This document shows positions 35,390 through 49,421 of a stretch of DNA of 64,000 nt, piece by piece. The stretch spans positions 15,500,001 through 15,564,000 of the forward strand of contig CM059449.1 in the NCBI GenBank assembly GCA_030390025.1, given 5' to 3'. The DNA is from Squalus acanthias. Its lineage: Eukaryota. Within the stretch, counting starts at the first letter, position 1; every line of letters begins with the position of its first letter. A program made the translations under genes and the position numbers. A model generated the notes under the pieces. It worked only from the letters and a program-made list of their open reading frames with translations, was not told the origin of the DNA and searched no databases.

Positions 35390-35810
35390 GATTCATCTGT
35401 CTATCTAACTATGAATTAGTTAATCAATAAGTGAATAAATCAATCGGACATTCAATCGAGAGATTTGCAGTTAATCAACCAGTCGAATGATCTATCGATC
35501 AGTCCAGTGATCAGTAAATCAAGCAATGGCTCCTCAAACAATCGGACAAACGCCAATCGGTCAGTTGGCCAATCGGCTGATCGATTAACAGTGAATTAAT
35601 CAATTGGTTTCAGTCAATGAATCAATCTTCCACTTATTCAAAAGATGAATCGTTAATTAATCCTAAATCAATCAAACAATTTTCAACCAATCCTCAGATG
35701 CTCCGACTTTCAGTCTACTCAATCCTCAACCGGTCAGTCAATCAATCTATTAATAAGTCAATTAGTGAATTCGTAAGCCAGCAAATAGCTCAGTCAGTGA
35801 ATGATTGAAA
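35390..35810. repeat. Degenerate (ATCA/TCAA)n low-complexity tract
   Basis: Recurrent aatcaatc / gtcaatc / cagtcaa units. Confidence 0.65.
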
Positions 35811-37224
35811 CCACTGTTGTGAGCATTGGATCGCGGATCGGGAGGGGCGAAGCTGTGCGTGTCACAGTCTGAGACAGGACAATTAGCCACCCAGGAGTTG
35901 GTCAGTGTCCCAGTATTAAAACCACCATTACATTGTTGCCAATAATTAACCCACAACATTACTACTTTGGAGTATTAACTGTATAGTTTACATGAAAATT
36001 CTTGAGAATAATTAATTGAAAACTCCATCACACAGTAGCCTACCCGCGTTTTCTCGTTTAGGAAGAAAAGAAGGAGTTGCATTTATATAGCGCCTTTCAT
36101 CTCCTCAGGACGTCGCAAAGCGATTTACAGCCAATGAAGTACTTTTTGGACTGCAGTCACTGTTGTAATGTCGGAAACGCGGCAGTTAATTTGTGCTCAG
36201 CAAGCGCCCACAAACAGCAATGCGATCAACTGTTTTGTCGTGATGTTGATTGAGGGATAAATATTGACCAGGTCATAGGGAGAACTCTCCCTGCTCTTCT
36301 TCGAAATAGTACCATGGGATCTTTTACCTGAGAGAGCAGACAGGGCCTCGGTTTAACGTCTCATCCGAAAGAAGGCACATCCGACAGTGCAGCGCTCCAT
36401 CAGCACTGCCACTGGAGTGTCAGCATAGATTTTTGTGCTCAAGTCCCTGGAGGGAGACTTGAACCCACGACCTTCAGAGACTCGGGTGCTACCCACTGAG
36501 CCACAGCTGAATCGTAAAGGGGTCCTGTTCCTTAATTTTACTTCACACGCACATAGTCAAGAGTTCCCTTTTCAGCTTACCTAATGTGCGATGAGGTTTC
36601 CTTTCCCGATCGTTGCTCTCTCTGAAGAATTTGTCACATTGCGTGTACACACACACACATATAGATATATATATATACATAAATCTAACTGCAACAGCAG
36701 TGCTGGGCTGACTGGGCGTGTATGAGCGCACGTGTGTGAGAGAAAGGTCTGTACAGATTGTGTACGTGCGAATCAGAAGGATAGTAAGGGCTTTCTGCAC
36801 AGTGTATCTGACAGTTTGTCAGGGTCTGCAGCGACCTGCGAGCTATTGACGTTCGTGGCCCTGGTGTCAGTCAACACGTAGACTCGGCTCTGCGGTCAGC
36901 TGCGTGCCAAGACTGAAGCTGTGTGGGCGTCCAGCGCTTCGCTGCCCAGTCCAACCTGTTAACCTCAGCGAGTGTTTTGAAAACTCGCAGATGAAGTCCT
37001 GTAAATTATTCTAGCGAGATCGACAACTGACTGAAATGTGGTTATCGCTGAACGCTACAAGTGGGGAACCACACGGACAGATTATGAGGTTTGAACTGTG
37101 AGTGGGTAACTGCAGAGAATCATCTCGCAAATATTTCCACTGCTTTAGTGTGAGGCCTATTTTGCCTTAAAGCAAATCTAGAGGTCAATGATATATCAAA
37201 TAGGGAATTCAGAAGAAGCTTCTT

Positions 37225-37825
37225 ATAGAATCATAGAATGGTTAGAGCACATAAGGAGGCCATTCGGCCCGTCGAGCCAGTGCAGGCTCTCAGAACTTCA
37301 GTTAGTAACCCCCCCCCCCCTCCCCCTGCGCCCTTTCCCCGTAGCCCCGCATTTTTTTTCCTTCTGGTACTTATCCAATTCTCTTTTGGAAGCCACGATT
37401 AAATCTGCCTCCACCACCATTTCAGGCCGTGAATTCCAGATCCTAACCACTCGCTGTGTAAAAAAGTTTTTCCTCATGTCGCCTTTGGTTCTTCTGCCAA
37501 TCATCTTAAATCTGTGTCCTCTGGTTCTCGACCCTTCCGCCAATGGGAATAATTTCTCTCTATCTACTCTGTCTAGACCCCTCATGATTTTGAACAGCTC
37601 TATCAAATCTGCTGTCAATTTTCTCTGCTCTAGGGAGAACAACCCCAGCTTCTCTGGTCTATCCACGGAACGGAATTTCCTCATCCCTGGAACAATTCTT
37701 GTAAATCTTTTCTGCACCCTCTCTAAAGCCTTTACATCTTTCCTTAGGTACGGTGCCCAGAATAGGACACAATACTCCAGTTGTTGCTGGACCAGTGTAT
37801 CATAAAGGTTCATCGTAACTTCCAT
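37225..37825 (-). mobile_element. CR1-type LINE 3' fragment
   Basis: 175-aa ORF LEYCVLFWAPYL..FFTQRVVRIWNS. Confidence 0.88.
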
Positions 37826-38645
37826 TGATATGAAAAGGTAAATCGGGTGGGGTTTATTTCAGGCTGCCGATCCGCCACTGCCCGTTTTCCGCTCCCAAAG
37901 GAAGTTGACATTTGACCCTGCTGTCCTTTTTCCAGGTGCTCTCCCCTATTTGTAACTACAGTGTTGATTTATCCCAGTATAGGCTCTGGTCGTCCTACCG
38001 CAGCATTATAGTTTCTTGGGACAGATAACTCTTAAAAGTACACGATATTTAAAAAAAAGTTTGGCTGGAATAAGTAGCAAAAAGCACTAATCATGTCGTG
38101 CCCGTCGAAACCGCTCTGAAAGTGAAAGGCATGCTGTTGAATTTACACAACTGGGCTCAGCACCATTCCGTGACATGTGGCCAACACATGTTCATGTTTT
38201 AGACAATTGCCAGGCACTATTCATTTAAGTCAAACCCGAGTACTATCACCGGTTCTCATTTACAAACTCTGCGCCCTCTCAGTTCATTCTAATAAATTTG
38301 TCATTGTTTAAACAGGTGCAAGATGAGTTCCAATCCCCCGGGTTCGTAAACACCCACTGAAATTAGTGAAGGATGAAACTGAACTGCGAGGCGTTATTCC
38401 TTTGTTTCAATGTACCCCTTGTGTAATGTTAAAGTAGTGCTTCTTTCTTAAATATTCTTAAAATATGACGTTTCCGACTACAATTGGAAAACGTGCTTCG
38501 TGAACAGAGCTCTACTGTGCGGTGTTAAAGCACCAGAAGGTTTCGTCATATAAGTGAGCGTCTGTTGTGGGATGTTTGTTACACTTAACAGCACTTTGGA
38601 ACGCTGCAGGTCAGATGTTAGCTCGTAGAGTCCTACGGAGCAAGA

Positions 38646-41600
38646 ATGAAAATGCAAACTATTCACATGTGGATGTTCTTGAATTGACGGACCATACTTT
38701 TGCATGTCGGTGAGCCGCTGTCTTCTGATGTACACATTTTAATGTTTTTTCGGGTTTTTTAAATTCGCTTATGGGTTCTGTGCGTCGCTGGCAAGGCCAG
38801 CATTTATTGCCCATCCATAATTGCCCTTAAGAAGGTGGTGGTGAGCCGCCTTCTTGAACCGCTGCAGTCCTTGTGGTGAAGGTACTCCCACAGTGCTGTT
38901 AGGGAGGGAGTTCCAGCTTTTTGATCCAGCGACGATGAAGGATGGTGTGTGACTTGGAGGGGAACTTCGAGGTGCTGGTGTTCCCATGCGCCTGCTGCCC
39001 TTGTCCTTCTCGGTGGAAGAAGTCGCGGGGTTGGGAGGTGCTGCCAAAGAAGCCTTGGCGAGTTGATGCAGTGCATCTTGTAGATGGTACACACTGCAGC
39101 CACGGTACGCCGGAGGTGGAGGGAGTGAATGTTTAAGATGGTGGATGGGGTGCCAATCAAGTGGGCTGCCTTGTCCTGGATGGTGTTCGAGCTTCTTGAT
39201 TGTTGTTGGAGCTGCACTCATCCAGGCAAGTGAAGAGTATTCCATCACACTCCTTACTTGTGCCTTGTAGATGGTGGAAATTCTATATTTATTAAGGCGT
39301 ACGATTATTTGGTTGGGCAGGTTGTTTCCTTATGCAGAACTAATATATAACGAAGTTACATTGTTAAGATAAATTGTTTTATTTTATTATGCTGTGTTAC
39401 TTTGCGTTGAATCCACCATTTCAACGGTATAAGCATTTTATCTTTCGGGGAACTTTATATATATATTATACACATTAGCGTTCTCCTCCATGCAGATGCT
39501 GTAAATTGCATTATACAATTAACATAATTAATAGGGCCTACTAAAATGTACTTATGGAAATAAATTAACTCACGGACTCCTAACCGACTGTGTTACACAT
39601 GGAATTATCTGACATAGTAAACCTTCTACTCGACAATTCAACGTCTTTGCGTTCTACACAATTTATTCCATTAGCAAAAAGTTGATATTCAACACATTTC
39701 CAAAAGTTCCCATACTTACAATTGACATAATAGAAAGGACAGATTTCCTTCTTAAATGATTAAAGATGACAGAAGTGAAATCTGTCCCAAGTAGGAGTGT
39801 GAAATAGAACTGCGTTGGGAAGTGGTGATTATATTATGTCAATCATTTTGCAAAGAAAACCAAGTGCGTGAAAATACAACAGATCCCCCTTTATAAAGTG
39901 ACAATTGCCTCTAAGTTTTGCACCATAAAGTTCTGAATATATACAGCTGTTCAATCTGATTATGGACTGCAATTTCCCAAAGTTCCGTTGAGAAACTGGA
40001 AAAGGACCCAATGTAATGACAGCTGAATACCGGTTTGTAGCTCAATGATTGATGGATCAATCAGCATTTTAATTTCTTCATAACAGCTTGTAAATTGTGG
40101 GACACAAGAGATCATTATGTCCAAAAAAAACCTGTCCCTGTTTGACAGATCAATGCTTCTTTCTCCAGAAACACACATGTTGTCGCTTGAATCTATTTGT
40201 ACTGCCCACTCCCACGGCCGTCTCCAGTAACTTGTTCCACAAATCCCTTCTTCTATAGGCGAACAGTTTCCGCCTGACTTCCCTTCTTACGGCTAACTAG
40301 TTAAAGTCTAAAGTGTGACCCTTGGAAATTAGATCCTTCCCCACAGTGAGCGATCTATCTGGGCTCAATTCATAATAATTGTACAACGCTAACTGAGAGG
40401 TTGCGGTATTTAATGTACGGATACATTGATCCAAATTTATTCTGACAAAAAAGGACACCCTGTAACATCAATTAGTGATGGTGAAAAATACTTTAATTTG
40501 AGCTTCGCCCCTCGTGGCAGATGACATTTAACGCAGGAAAGTGCGAAGTGATACATTTTGGTGGGAAGAACGAGGAGAGGCAAAATAAACTGAAGGTTAC
40601 GATCCTAAAGTGGGTGCCTGAACAGTGAGACCTGGGGGTATATGTGCACAAATCATTGAAGGTGGCAGGGCAGGTTGACAAAGCGGTTAACAAAGCATAC
40701 CGGATACTGGGCTTCATAAATAGAGGCATAGAGTACGAAAGCAAGGGAGTTACGATGAACCTTTATAAAACACTGGTTCGGCCTCAACTGCAGTATTGTG
40801 CCAACTCTGGGCACCGCACTTTAGGAATGATGTGAAGGCCTCAGAAAGGGTGAAGAAAAGATTTACGAGAATGGTTCGGGGATGAGGAACTTCAGTTACG
40901 TGGATAGACGGGAGAAGGCGGAGGTCTTCTCTTTAGAGCAGAGAAGCTTGAGAAGAGATCTGATAGAGGTGTTCAAAATCATGAAGGGTCTCGACAGAGT
41001 AGATAGAAACTGTTCCCATTGGCGGAAGTGTTGAGAGCTAGAAGACACATATTTTAGGCGATTGGCAAAAGAACCAAAGGCGAAATGAGAAAAACCTTTT
41101 TACTCAGCGAGTGATTAGGATCTGGAATGTACTGCCTGAAAGTGTGGTGGAGGCAGATTCAATCGTGGCTTTCAAAAAAGAGTTGGATAAGTACCTGAAG
41201 GAAAAAAAATGCAGAGCTACGGGGAAAGGGCGGGGGAGTGGGACTAGCTAAAGTGCTCTTGCGTAGAGCCGGCACGGGCTCAACGGGCCGAATGGGCTGC
41301 TTCTGTGCTGTAACCATTCTATGATTCTCTGCTGGTCTGTAAATCTGTAGGTCACTATTGACAGATTGCATTGTTCCATTTATACTCTAGACAATGGGTT
41401 GATGAGTGATATCAGAGTGTTCCAGTCCCCAGATACCATTAATGTAACAGAAGGAGGATCGGTGCAGTTGAACTGCACTTTCGAAGCGAATAGTTCTGTT
41501 GGACAAGATGTTTGGAGGCAGGCCTCACAAAGCATGGAAGTGTCCGTTCGGAATCCTTTCTATCAGAGCCGGATAACGAAAACAGGGACGAAATTATTTA

Positions 41601-43921
41601 CCGAAAGAATGGCTTTCCTTGAAATCATCAATTTAATGACAATGGACTCAGATTTTTAGTACTGCGAGGTGGAAATTGCGGCGGTTGGGAAAGCAAGCGG
41701 GACAGGAACACAACTTATAATAACTGACAGTGAGCAGAAAAGATCAGAGTTCGTTTTAAGAATTTATCAATATTTTGACATTGGTATGGCTGTACATGTG
41801 CTATGCAAAGAGATTTCAGTTCGGTGTGCTGAATTGTGTCCGTGTGTCAGTATCACTTTCAAAGTACATCGAGCACATTTGGTCGACAATTAATATCCTG
41901 AAAGTGCCATATATCTGACTTGAATCTGGCTATTCAAGGCGCGGTGCTTTAGGAATAGGAATACACGAGCTTCAGGCTACTTCCCCACCCCCACCACCCC
42001 ACCACCTGAAGGGGAGGGTTATCTCAAAATAGAACTTCGCATTATCCCTTGAGTTTCTTGCTTGGCACCTTACATATCTCTGTTAAGGCAGCTATGTTCG
42101 TCCCTTTTTACAAAGCTAACGAGTCCGAACTCTTCTAGTCTTTTCTCTCTCTCATAACCTCGCACTGGAACTCGAGGGAACAGGCTAGCGTTCACTCCAC
42201 CTCCGGGACTTGCATGTCTCCCTTGAGCCTGAGTGACCAGAAATAAGCACAATACTCAAGATGCTATATGACCAGAGCACTGTACGGTTGGATCCCGCAC
42301 CATATAAAAGGAAACATGCCTTCTATATTTTTTATTCGTTCATGGGATGTGGAATTCGCTGGCAAGGCCAGCATTTATTGCCCATCCCTAATTGCACTTG
42401 AGAAGGTGGTGGTGAGCCACCTTCTTGAACCGCTGCAGTCCGTGTGGTGAAGGCACTCCCACAGTGCTGTTAGGGCGGGAGTTCCAAGATTTTGACCCAG
42501 CGACGATGAAGGATCGGCGATATACTTCTAAATCAAGATGGTGTGTGACTTGGAGGGGAACTTGGAGGTGATGGTGTTCCCATGCGCCTGCTGCCCTTGC
42601 CCTTCCAGGCGGTAGAGGTCGCGAGTTTGGGAGCTGCTGCTGGAGAAGCCTTGGCGAGTTTAATGAAATAGGCTTCAGGTAGAATTTACTGTTTTCGATA
42701 TAAGCCTTTATTTTAAACAGGTTAGCGTCTTGGTTAAAATGAAGGGTATGTGGAACGACAGTATTGCAAAAAATAATTATAGTTTTTTTCAGTTTCCACG
42801 GGGATGCATTACCTTAGATTACATATAAAAATAGGAAACGGCCTTTCTGTAAGGTATAGAACGCCGCTGGAATGTTATTTCAGTTTTCATGTCCTATAAC
42901 TGAGCAATCCAAATTAAATTATTAAATTGCGAACTAGTGGTCTTCGTTATGTGGATTTCTGATTTCAATTGATGGGCGGTGGTGGGGGGCGTGGGGGGTG
43001 GGCGGGGTGATCGCCTGTTATGCACTCCGCCCAGTAATGCGTCCAATTGCCTTAAAATAAAACTGAATATTGGGCGCACCAAAGCCAAATGCTGCGGATG
43101 CTGGAAATCTGAAATAAGAAAGAGAAAATGCTGGAAAATACTCAGCAGTTCAGGCAGCATCAGTGGTGAGTGAGAAACAGAGATAACTTTTCAGGTTTCG
43201 GAAAGAAGGGCAACGACCCGAAACTTAAACTCTGTTTCTCTATCTCTGCCTGCAGATGCTGCCTGACCTGCTGAGTGTTTCCAGCATTTTCTGCTTTTTA
43301 TATTGAATATTGGGCGTGTTGTACAGCGGTCGGCCAATATGATTCTGTCTGCCTTGCGAGCCTGTCCATGTCCAATTTCACCCCTATAACAACACAAAAA
43401 CAGAAAATGCTGGAAATACTCAGCAGGTCAGGCAGCATCCGTGGAGAGAGAAACAGATTTAACGTTTCAGGTCGATGACCCTTCGTCAGAACTGGAAAAA
43501 GTTGGAGATGGAACAGGTTTTTAAGCAAGTGTAGGGCCAGGGAAAGCGGGGAGGGGAGGAAAGAACAAAAGGGAAGGTCTGTGATAGGATGGAAGGCAGG
43601 AGAGATTAAGAGACACAAGGGATGATGGTGCAAGGCAAAAGGAGATTTTAATGGGACAAGTTAAGAAACAAAGATGACTCTAGATGAAGTGTAAATGGCA
43701 ATGGCTGAATGATCGACCACCCCACCATTTTTTTGCATTATCTTTCACTTCAACCAAGCGCCACCATACTGACTATATTATTGTTTCTGTTTCTAACAGG
43801 AGCTAGAGTCGAGCCTATCTGCCATTTCCCCACACTCAGCGCTGGATTACAAGTTACAAAAACGGAGCTGCTGATCATTCTCATAATCACAGGCCTGACG
43901 ACGTACCTCTGTCCCACGTAG
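38646..43921 (+). pseudogene. Activating-type NCR3-like pseudogene (copy A3): leader 38646-38709, V 41391-41729, TM 43800-43921
   Basis: The V exon is near-identical to 1846-2184 but has TAG at 41657-41659 in the FYYC motif. The candidate leader MKMQTIHMWMFLN*RTILLHV|gtgagc has TGA at 38685-38687. The TM has V>E (KTELL). The leader assignment is the least certain part. Confidence 0.8.
38765..39280 (-). mobile_element. 3' fragment of a second CR1/L2-clade LINE family (others at about 2785-3105, 9388-9835, 21828-22272, 26805-27088, 42343-42660, 49062-49421, 56605-56890)
   Basis: Shared motif gtcgctggcaaggccagcatttattgcccatcc and ORF GSKSWNSLPNSTVG..LQRFKKAAHHHLLKG. Confidence 0.8.
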
Positions 43922-44146
43922 GGAAAAATAGACTTTGATTTATAACAAGATACATCTGCAAACGCTGTTGGAAAAGATGTCCAAAGTCGATGTAAATTTT
44001 CTCAGGAAGTTCTTTATGTTGCCCATGGTCGATATCTTTGTGTTACAGCATTGCATGGATGTGGATTAAAGCATGGGCGAGGATAGATATCGTTTTTATT
44101 ACAAAATATTTCAATTAATTTTACTGCACCGTCAACATAATAACTA

Positions 44147-44356
44147 TGATGTGGAGATGCCGGTGTTGGACTGGGGTGGACAAATGTGAGAAGTCGCACA
44201 ACACCAGGTTATAGTCCAGCAGCTTTATTTGAACTCACAAGCTTTCGGAGCGCTGCTCCTTTGTCAGGAGAAGTCACCTGACGAAGGAGCGGCACTCCGA
44301 AAGCTTGTGATTTCAAATAAAGCTGTTGCACTATAACCTGGTGTCGTGCGACTTCT
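44147..44356. mobile_element. Short hairpin-shaped derivative of the same Penelope-like terminal repeat, 13-bp TSD
   Basis: Same 5' sequence as 28643 and internally inverted. TSD AACATAATAACTA at 44134-44146 and 44357-44369, with an empty site near 4573-4585. Confidence 0.8.
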
Positions 44357-47300
44357 AACATAATAACTAGCAGCTGTCATTCTGTTTGAGAGACGTTTTT
44401 AATTTAAAAAATGACAAATGCATAGATTTTTTTAACTGTCATGTTCGGTATAAAATGTCCAGTTTGTGCATGATCATTAATGTTACAGCAAATGTTATTT
44501 TACCCTACGAAACTCGGCAGGCCGTGTCCTAACTCGCACCAAGTCCCAGCTCCCCTGTGCTCGCTGACCTACATTGGATCACGGTTAAGCAGCGTCTCGA
44601 TTTCAAAATTCTCATCCTTGTTTTCAAATCCCTCCGTGGCCTCGCCCCTCCCTATTGCTGTAATCTCCTTCAGCCCCCCAACCCCCCCGAGATATCTGCG
44701 CTGCTCTAATTCTGCCCTCTTGAGCATCCCTGATTATAATCACTCAAGCATTGGTGGCCGTGCCTTCTGTTGCCTAGGCCCTATGCTCTGGAATTCCCTG
44801 CCGAAACCTCTCCGCCTCGCTACCTCTCTTTCTTCCTTTAAGACGCTCCTTAAAACCTACCTCTTTGATCAAGCTTTTGCTCATCTGCCCTAATTTCTCC
44901 CTATATGGCTCGGTGTACATTTTTTTTGTCTTACAACAACATGGGACGTTTTACTGCGTAAAAGGCGCTATATACATACAAGTTGTTGTTGTTGTTGATG
45001 AATCCCTTAAATGTCATTATAACAGCAGTTTTGTGCTGGTCAGGAGTCTTGATTACTCATCCTGTGACTCTAAAGAAGATCCACTTCCACTGCCGAAGGA
45101 TGAAATATCTGTTGGTAAATTGCAATTCTCAAAGACTCCAGAACAGGTCCTTGGCTGCTTATATGGTAGAACTCAACTGACTTTACAAAAGCGACATTCT
45201 TATAACGTATTACATCAACGTGGTATTTTTATGCTATTATAAATGTCTTCTGGAACTGCTTTTGTTTATATTGCTAATTATTATGAAAGTTTTTGCTGTC
45301 TTTAATTCAATAGTGCTCGCCATGGAACTAACCTCCATACTTGCTTGCAATGCCTTTAACTGAATGCTGAACACGATCTATTCAAAATGCATGGATGCTT
45401 AAGTTGTGCTTTTATATTGGCCCCTTTATGCGAGACTTGGATTATAATGTGACGTATCTACACCATGTATGAAAGGGCTCTTCGAATGTTTTCCCCGAGT
45501 AAAGCGAACGCTTTCTTTCTCGTGTTTAATCCAAATTGTTCTTTACTTGCTGGGAACAGTAGAAGTTCCATCCTCAGCTTGTCAGTAACAACTTTCGTGC
45601 TCCCTAGTGCGTCTTGCAGGGAATTATAGGACTAGGCGTCATAGTTTAAAAAGTAGAGCCAGACCCTTCGGGAGTGAAATTAGGAAACGCTTCTACACAC
45701 AAAGGGAGGTACACGTTTGGAACTCTCTTCCACAAACGGCAATTGTTAATTTTAAATCCGAGATTGATAGATTTCTGTTAACTAAAGGTATTAAGGGATG
45801 TTGGATCAAAAGTTGGGAAAAGCGAGAGTGGCCAGTGAGAGAGAGAGAGCGGGAAAAAGTGAGGCTGTGATTGGAGGATCAGCGAGTACCAGGGGAGGTT
45901 GTGTGTGGAACTTAACAGCACGTGACAAGAATGGGAAGGAGCCTGGAAAAGGCCGCAGTGCCCCGGGAAAGACCGGCTTTAGAAAGTTAGAGTGCTGCAA
46001 ATTCATCAGTCGAGGTTTGAGGAGGGAGTGGGTCGCGGCGGGCGTTCGGGAAAATCCCCCGTTAGCCAGTCGGCCGCTGAGGGGAAGTTTCCGGGCCGGA
46101 TGAAACTGGTGGACAGGGGAATGTGGGACTATAAATGCACACGAATACCACCAACAGCAATTTCCAGGCCTAAAGTGACCTTAATGTGCCTGATGCCACA
46201 GCTTCTGATCTGTGATTTGCACCTTCATCTGGACTCAGATTATGCAGTTAAAAGTATCCCATTCATTACGTTATTCACATATACAGATAGGCACATGCAC
46301 GACGGGCCGAACGCCATCCCGCTGTGCTGTATCATTGAATAGGAGGAACTAATGGAATGATGGAGGTGTTGATGTCCAGGTGTGCAACTAAGTTCCTGGC
46401 AGGCGTTGTGCACGACAGGGGGAATGAGAGCAAATGCAGCCATTGGAATAAAAAGTTGAAATCCGCTCTCATTTCCTTGGCCCAGGGCTGAAACCAGTCA
46501 CAGATGAAAGACATCTCCTTCTGCTGGCTTTGAGGGCCCCCTGAAAAATGCTGAACATAATAAGAAATAGGAGCCTGAGTAGGACATTTGGTACTTCCAG
46601 CCTGCTCCGCCATTCAATAAGATCATGGCTGATCTTCCACCTCATCTCCACTTTCCTGCACTATCCCCATACCCCTTGATTCCCTTAATATTCAAAAATC
46701 TACCGATCTCTGTCTTGAATATCGTCAACGATTGAGCCTCCACGGGCCTCTGGGGTAGAGAATTCCAAAGATTCACCACCCTCTGAGTGAAGACATTTCT
46801 CCTCAACTCAGTCCTAAATGGCCGACCCCTTATTCTGAGACTGTGACACCTGGTTCTAGACTCCCCAGCCAGGGAAACATCCTCCCAGCATCTACCCTGT
46901 CAAGCCCTTTACGAATGTTCTATGTCTCAATGAGATCACCTCTCATTCTTCTAAATTCTAGAGAATATAGGCCTAGTCTGCTAAATCTGTCCTCATAGGA
47001 CAATCCCCCCATCCCAGGAACCAGTCTGGTGAACATTCGTTGCACTCCCTCTATGGCAAGTATATCCTTCCTTAGGTAAGGAGTTCAAAACTGTACACAA
47101 TACTCCAGGGGTGGTCTCACCAGGGCCCTATATAATTGCAGTAAGACATCTTTACTCTTATACTCAAATCCTCTTGAAATAAAGGCCAACAGTCTATTCC
47201 CAGTTACTAATGGATGTGGTGCCACAGCACAAATCTTCACCATTGATTGTCACATAAGTGGAAATCTCAACCGATCGGTAAAACCCTTACTTCTGGGGTA

Positions 47301-49421
47301 CAAGTTTGCGGCTCAAGGCCCACTCCAGGAGTTGAGCACATAAAGTAGGCGAATCTCCATTGCAACACTAAGGGAGTCTGGGAGTTAAGCCTGGGAGGAG
47401 CAAAAGGGAACGTTTGGTTGGGAACTTGGCACCGCAATAACGCTGGATTCTTCTTTTATCAAAATCATTGGAAGGAAATTCCAGCGTTGGAACCTTCCCA
47501 TGTGATTTTCCTTCATGATGTGCCCCGGCGATGCTGAACGCCTAGACAGTGAAGACAAAAATTCTACCCGCATCTTTCAGGAAGTAGTTAGGTGTGCCGA
47601 TCTATGAAACGTCCTGCCAAGTAATAATTTCTCGGGGAGGTGCTTCTGCCGATCTCCTGCCGTGACTTCTCTGGAAGTTAGGTAAACCCCGCTTTAGCTA
47701 TTACACGCTTCTCTGAGTTCCGCCGATGTTCCGCCGACGTTACCGCAGGAGAGTGGGAGAACCCAGCAGAAGATATTTCCCCCCCTTGAGTTTAACATGG
47801 AACATTCATTTTAATAAAAGATACAACAGAAAATCAACAGAACAACCTGACATGGGTCAACTGAGAAGAACTTTTATTGTGAAAATGTCAAATGCTTTAC
47901 AGGATTATGATGAAATGTAAGGAGTTATGTGATGAAACTAGGCCGTGTGAACAATAACGAGTACGAACGCTCAACATGTTGGTTTTCATTTTAACAATGG
48001 CATGAACCAATTTATTTTCTAGGATAGCCCGCCCCTTAATATAGGGGACTAATACATTTCATACAAATGTGATAAATGTTCACAACTAACACTAAAGAGT
48101 CTGTTGTTAAAGCTCACTAACTAAGTTAGAGGATAAAATATTCGCCTGGAAATTCCCATGGAGGGTTCTCCGATCATCCGCCGTTGAAGATGCCACAGAA
48201 CCCCCGAGCAACCGCCCAAGTTACTGCGGGAGATCGGGACAACTCTGCGGAAATTCCACCATTGTCCATCGCGGGTGGGGGCAGGTGCGTCTCAGCTTTG
48301 GGGTGAAATTTGTCGGCTCTCTTACTTCACCAAAGCGTACAGCACCGCTTCTCGCTTCACACGGCGCTCAGTTTGATCGCTGTCCTGAACATTCAGCGTG
48401 ACGTATTGCAACTTGTCATCTCCCTCTTTCTAGTGAGATGAAAGTTTTTCAGTGTTGAATCAAATATTGTAAACTGAATAGAGCATAGGGCCTCAAACCC
48501 AGCGCACCAGATGTTGTGCAGTTTCAATGGAATATAATTCAACCCAGTAAACATTCTACTTAAAGTTAAAATATGACTCCACCTATCAAATATTGTTTCG
48601 TTAAATAGGATAGATCGCGCCGTCTTAAATATTCCTGTCTTTTTGAATATAATTCAGCGAGTCAACGATTGCACGAGTAACAAGCAAGGGAAACAATTGA
48701 CGTAATTAACACATCAGTATAATGTTAAAATTCATGCCTTTAGAACAATTCACACTAAATGAATTCAGGAGCAGTGGGTCAGTCAGCATCTGGGCAAGGC
48801 AGATTAACATTTGGGAATAACTGTTCAGGAGCACTTTCCATTGAAGGCAAAGAACCAGCCCACCGGTTACCCTGTGTTTTCTCATCCAGGTGCTGACTGA
48901 TCTACTTTGCATATCCAGCATTTTCTGTTGCGGCTTCAGATTTCCTCCTTATCTCGACTTGTCAAAGTAGGTGTATTTTTGCGTGTGTATGCCTGGGTGA
49001 CCCAATTTTGGGGTCTATTTTAATGTACCTAGGTGTATCTAGTGCTTTTTTTATTCATTCATGGGATGTGGGCGTCGCTGGCAAGACCAGCATGTATTGC
49101 CCATCGCTAGTTGCCCTTGAGAAGGTGGTGGTGAGTCGCGTTCTTGAACCGCTGCAGTCAAGGTACTCCCACATTGTTTTTCTTAGCGGTTTTTTACAAC
49201 TGAGTGGCCATTTTAGAGAACAGTTGAGAGTCAACCACATTGCTGTGGGTCTGGAGTCACATTTAGGACAGACCAGGTAAGGACGGCAGATTTCCTTCCC
49301 TAAGGGGCATTAGTGAACAAGATGGGTTTTTACGACAATCCGATAGTTTCATGTCACCATTACTGATACAAGCTTTTTAGTGCAGATTTTTTCATTAAAT
49401 TTAAATTCCCCAGTTGCTGTG

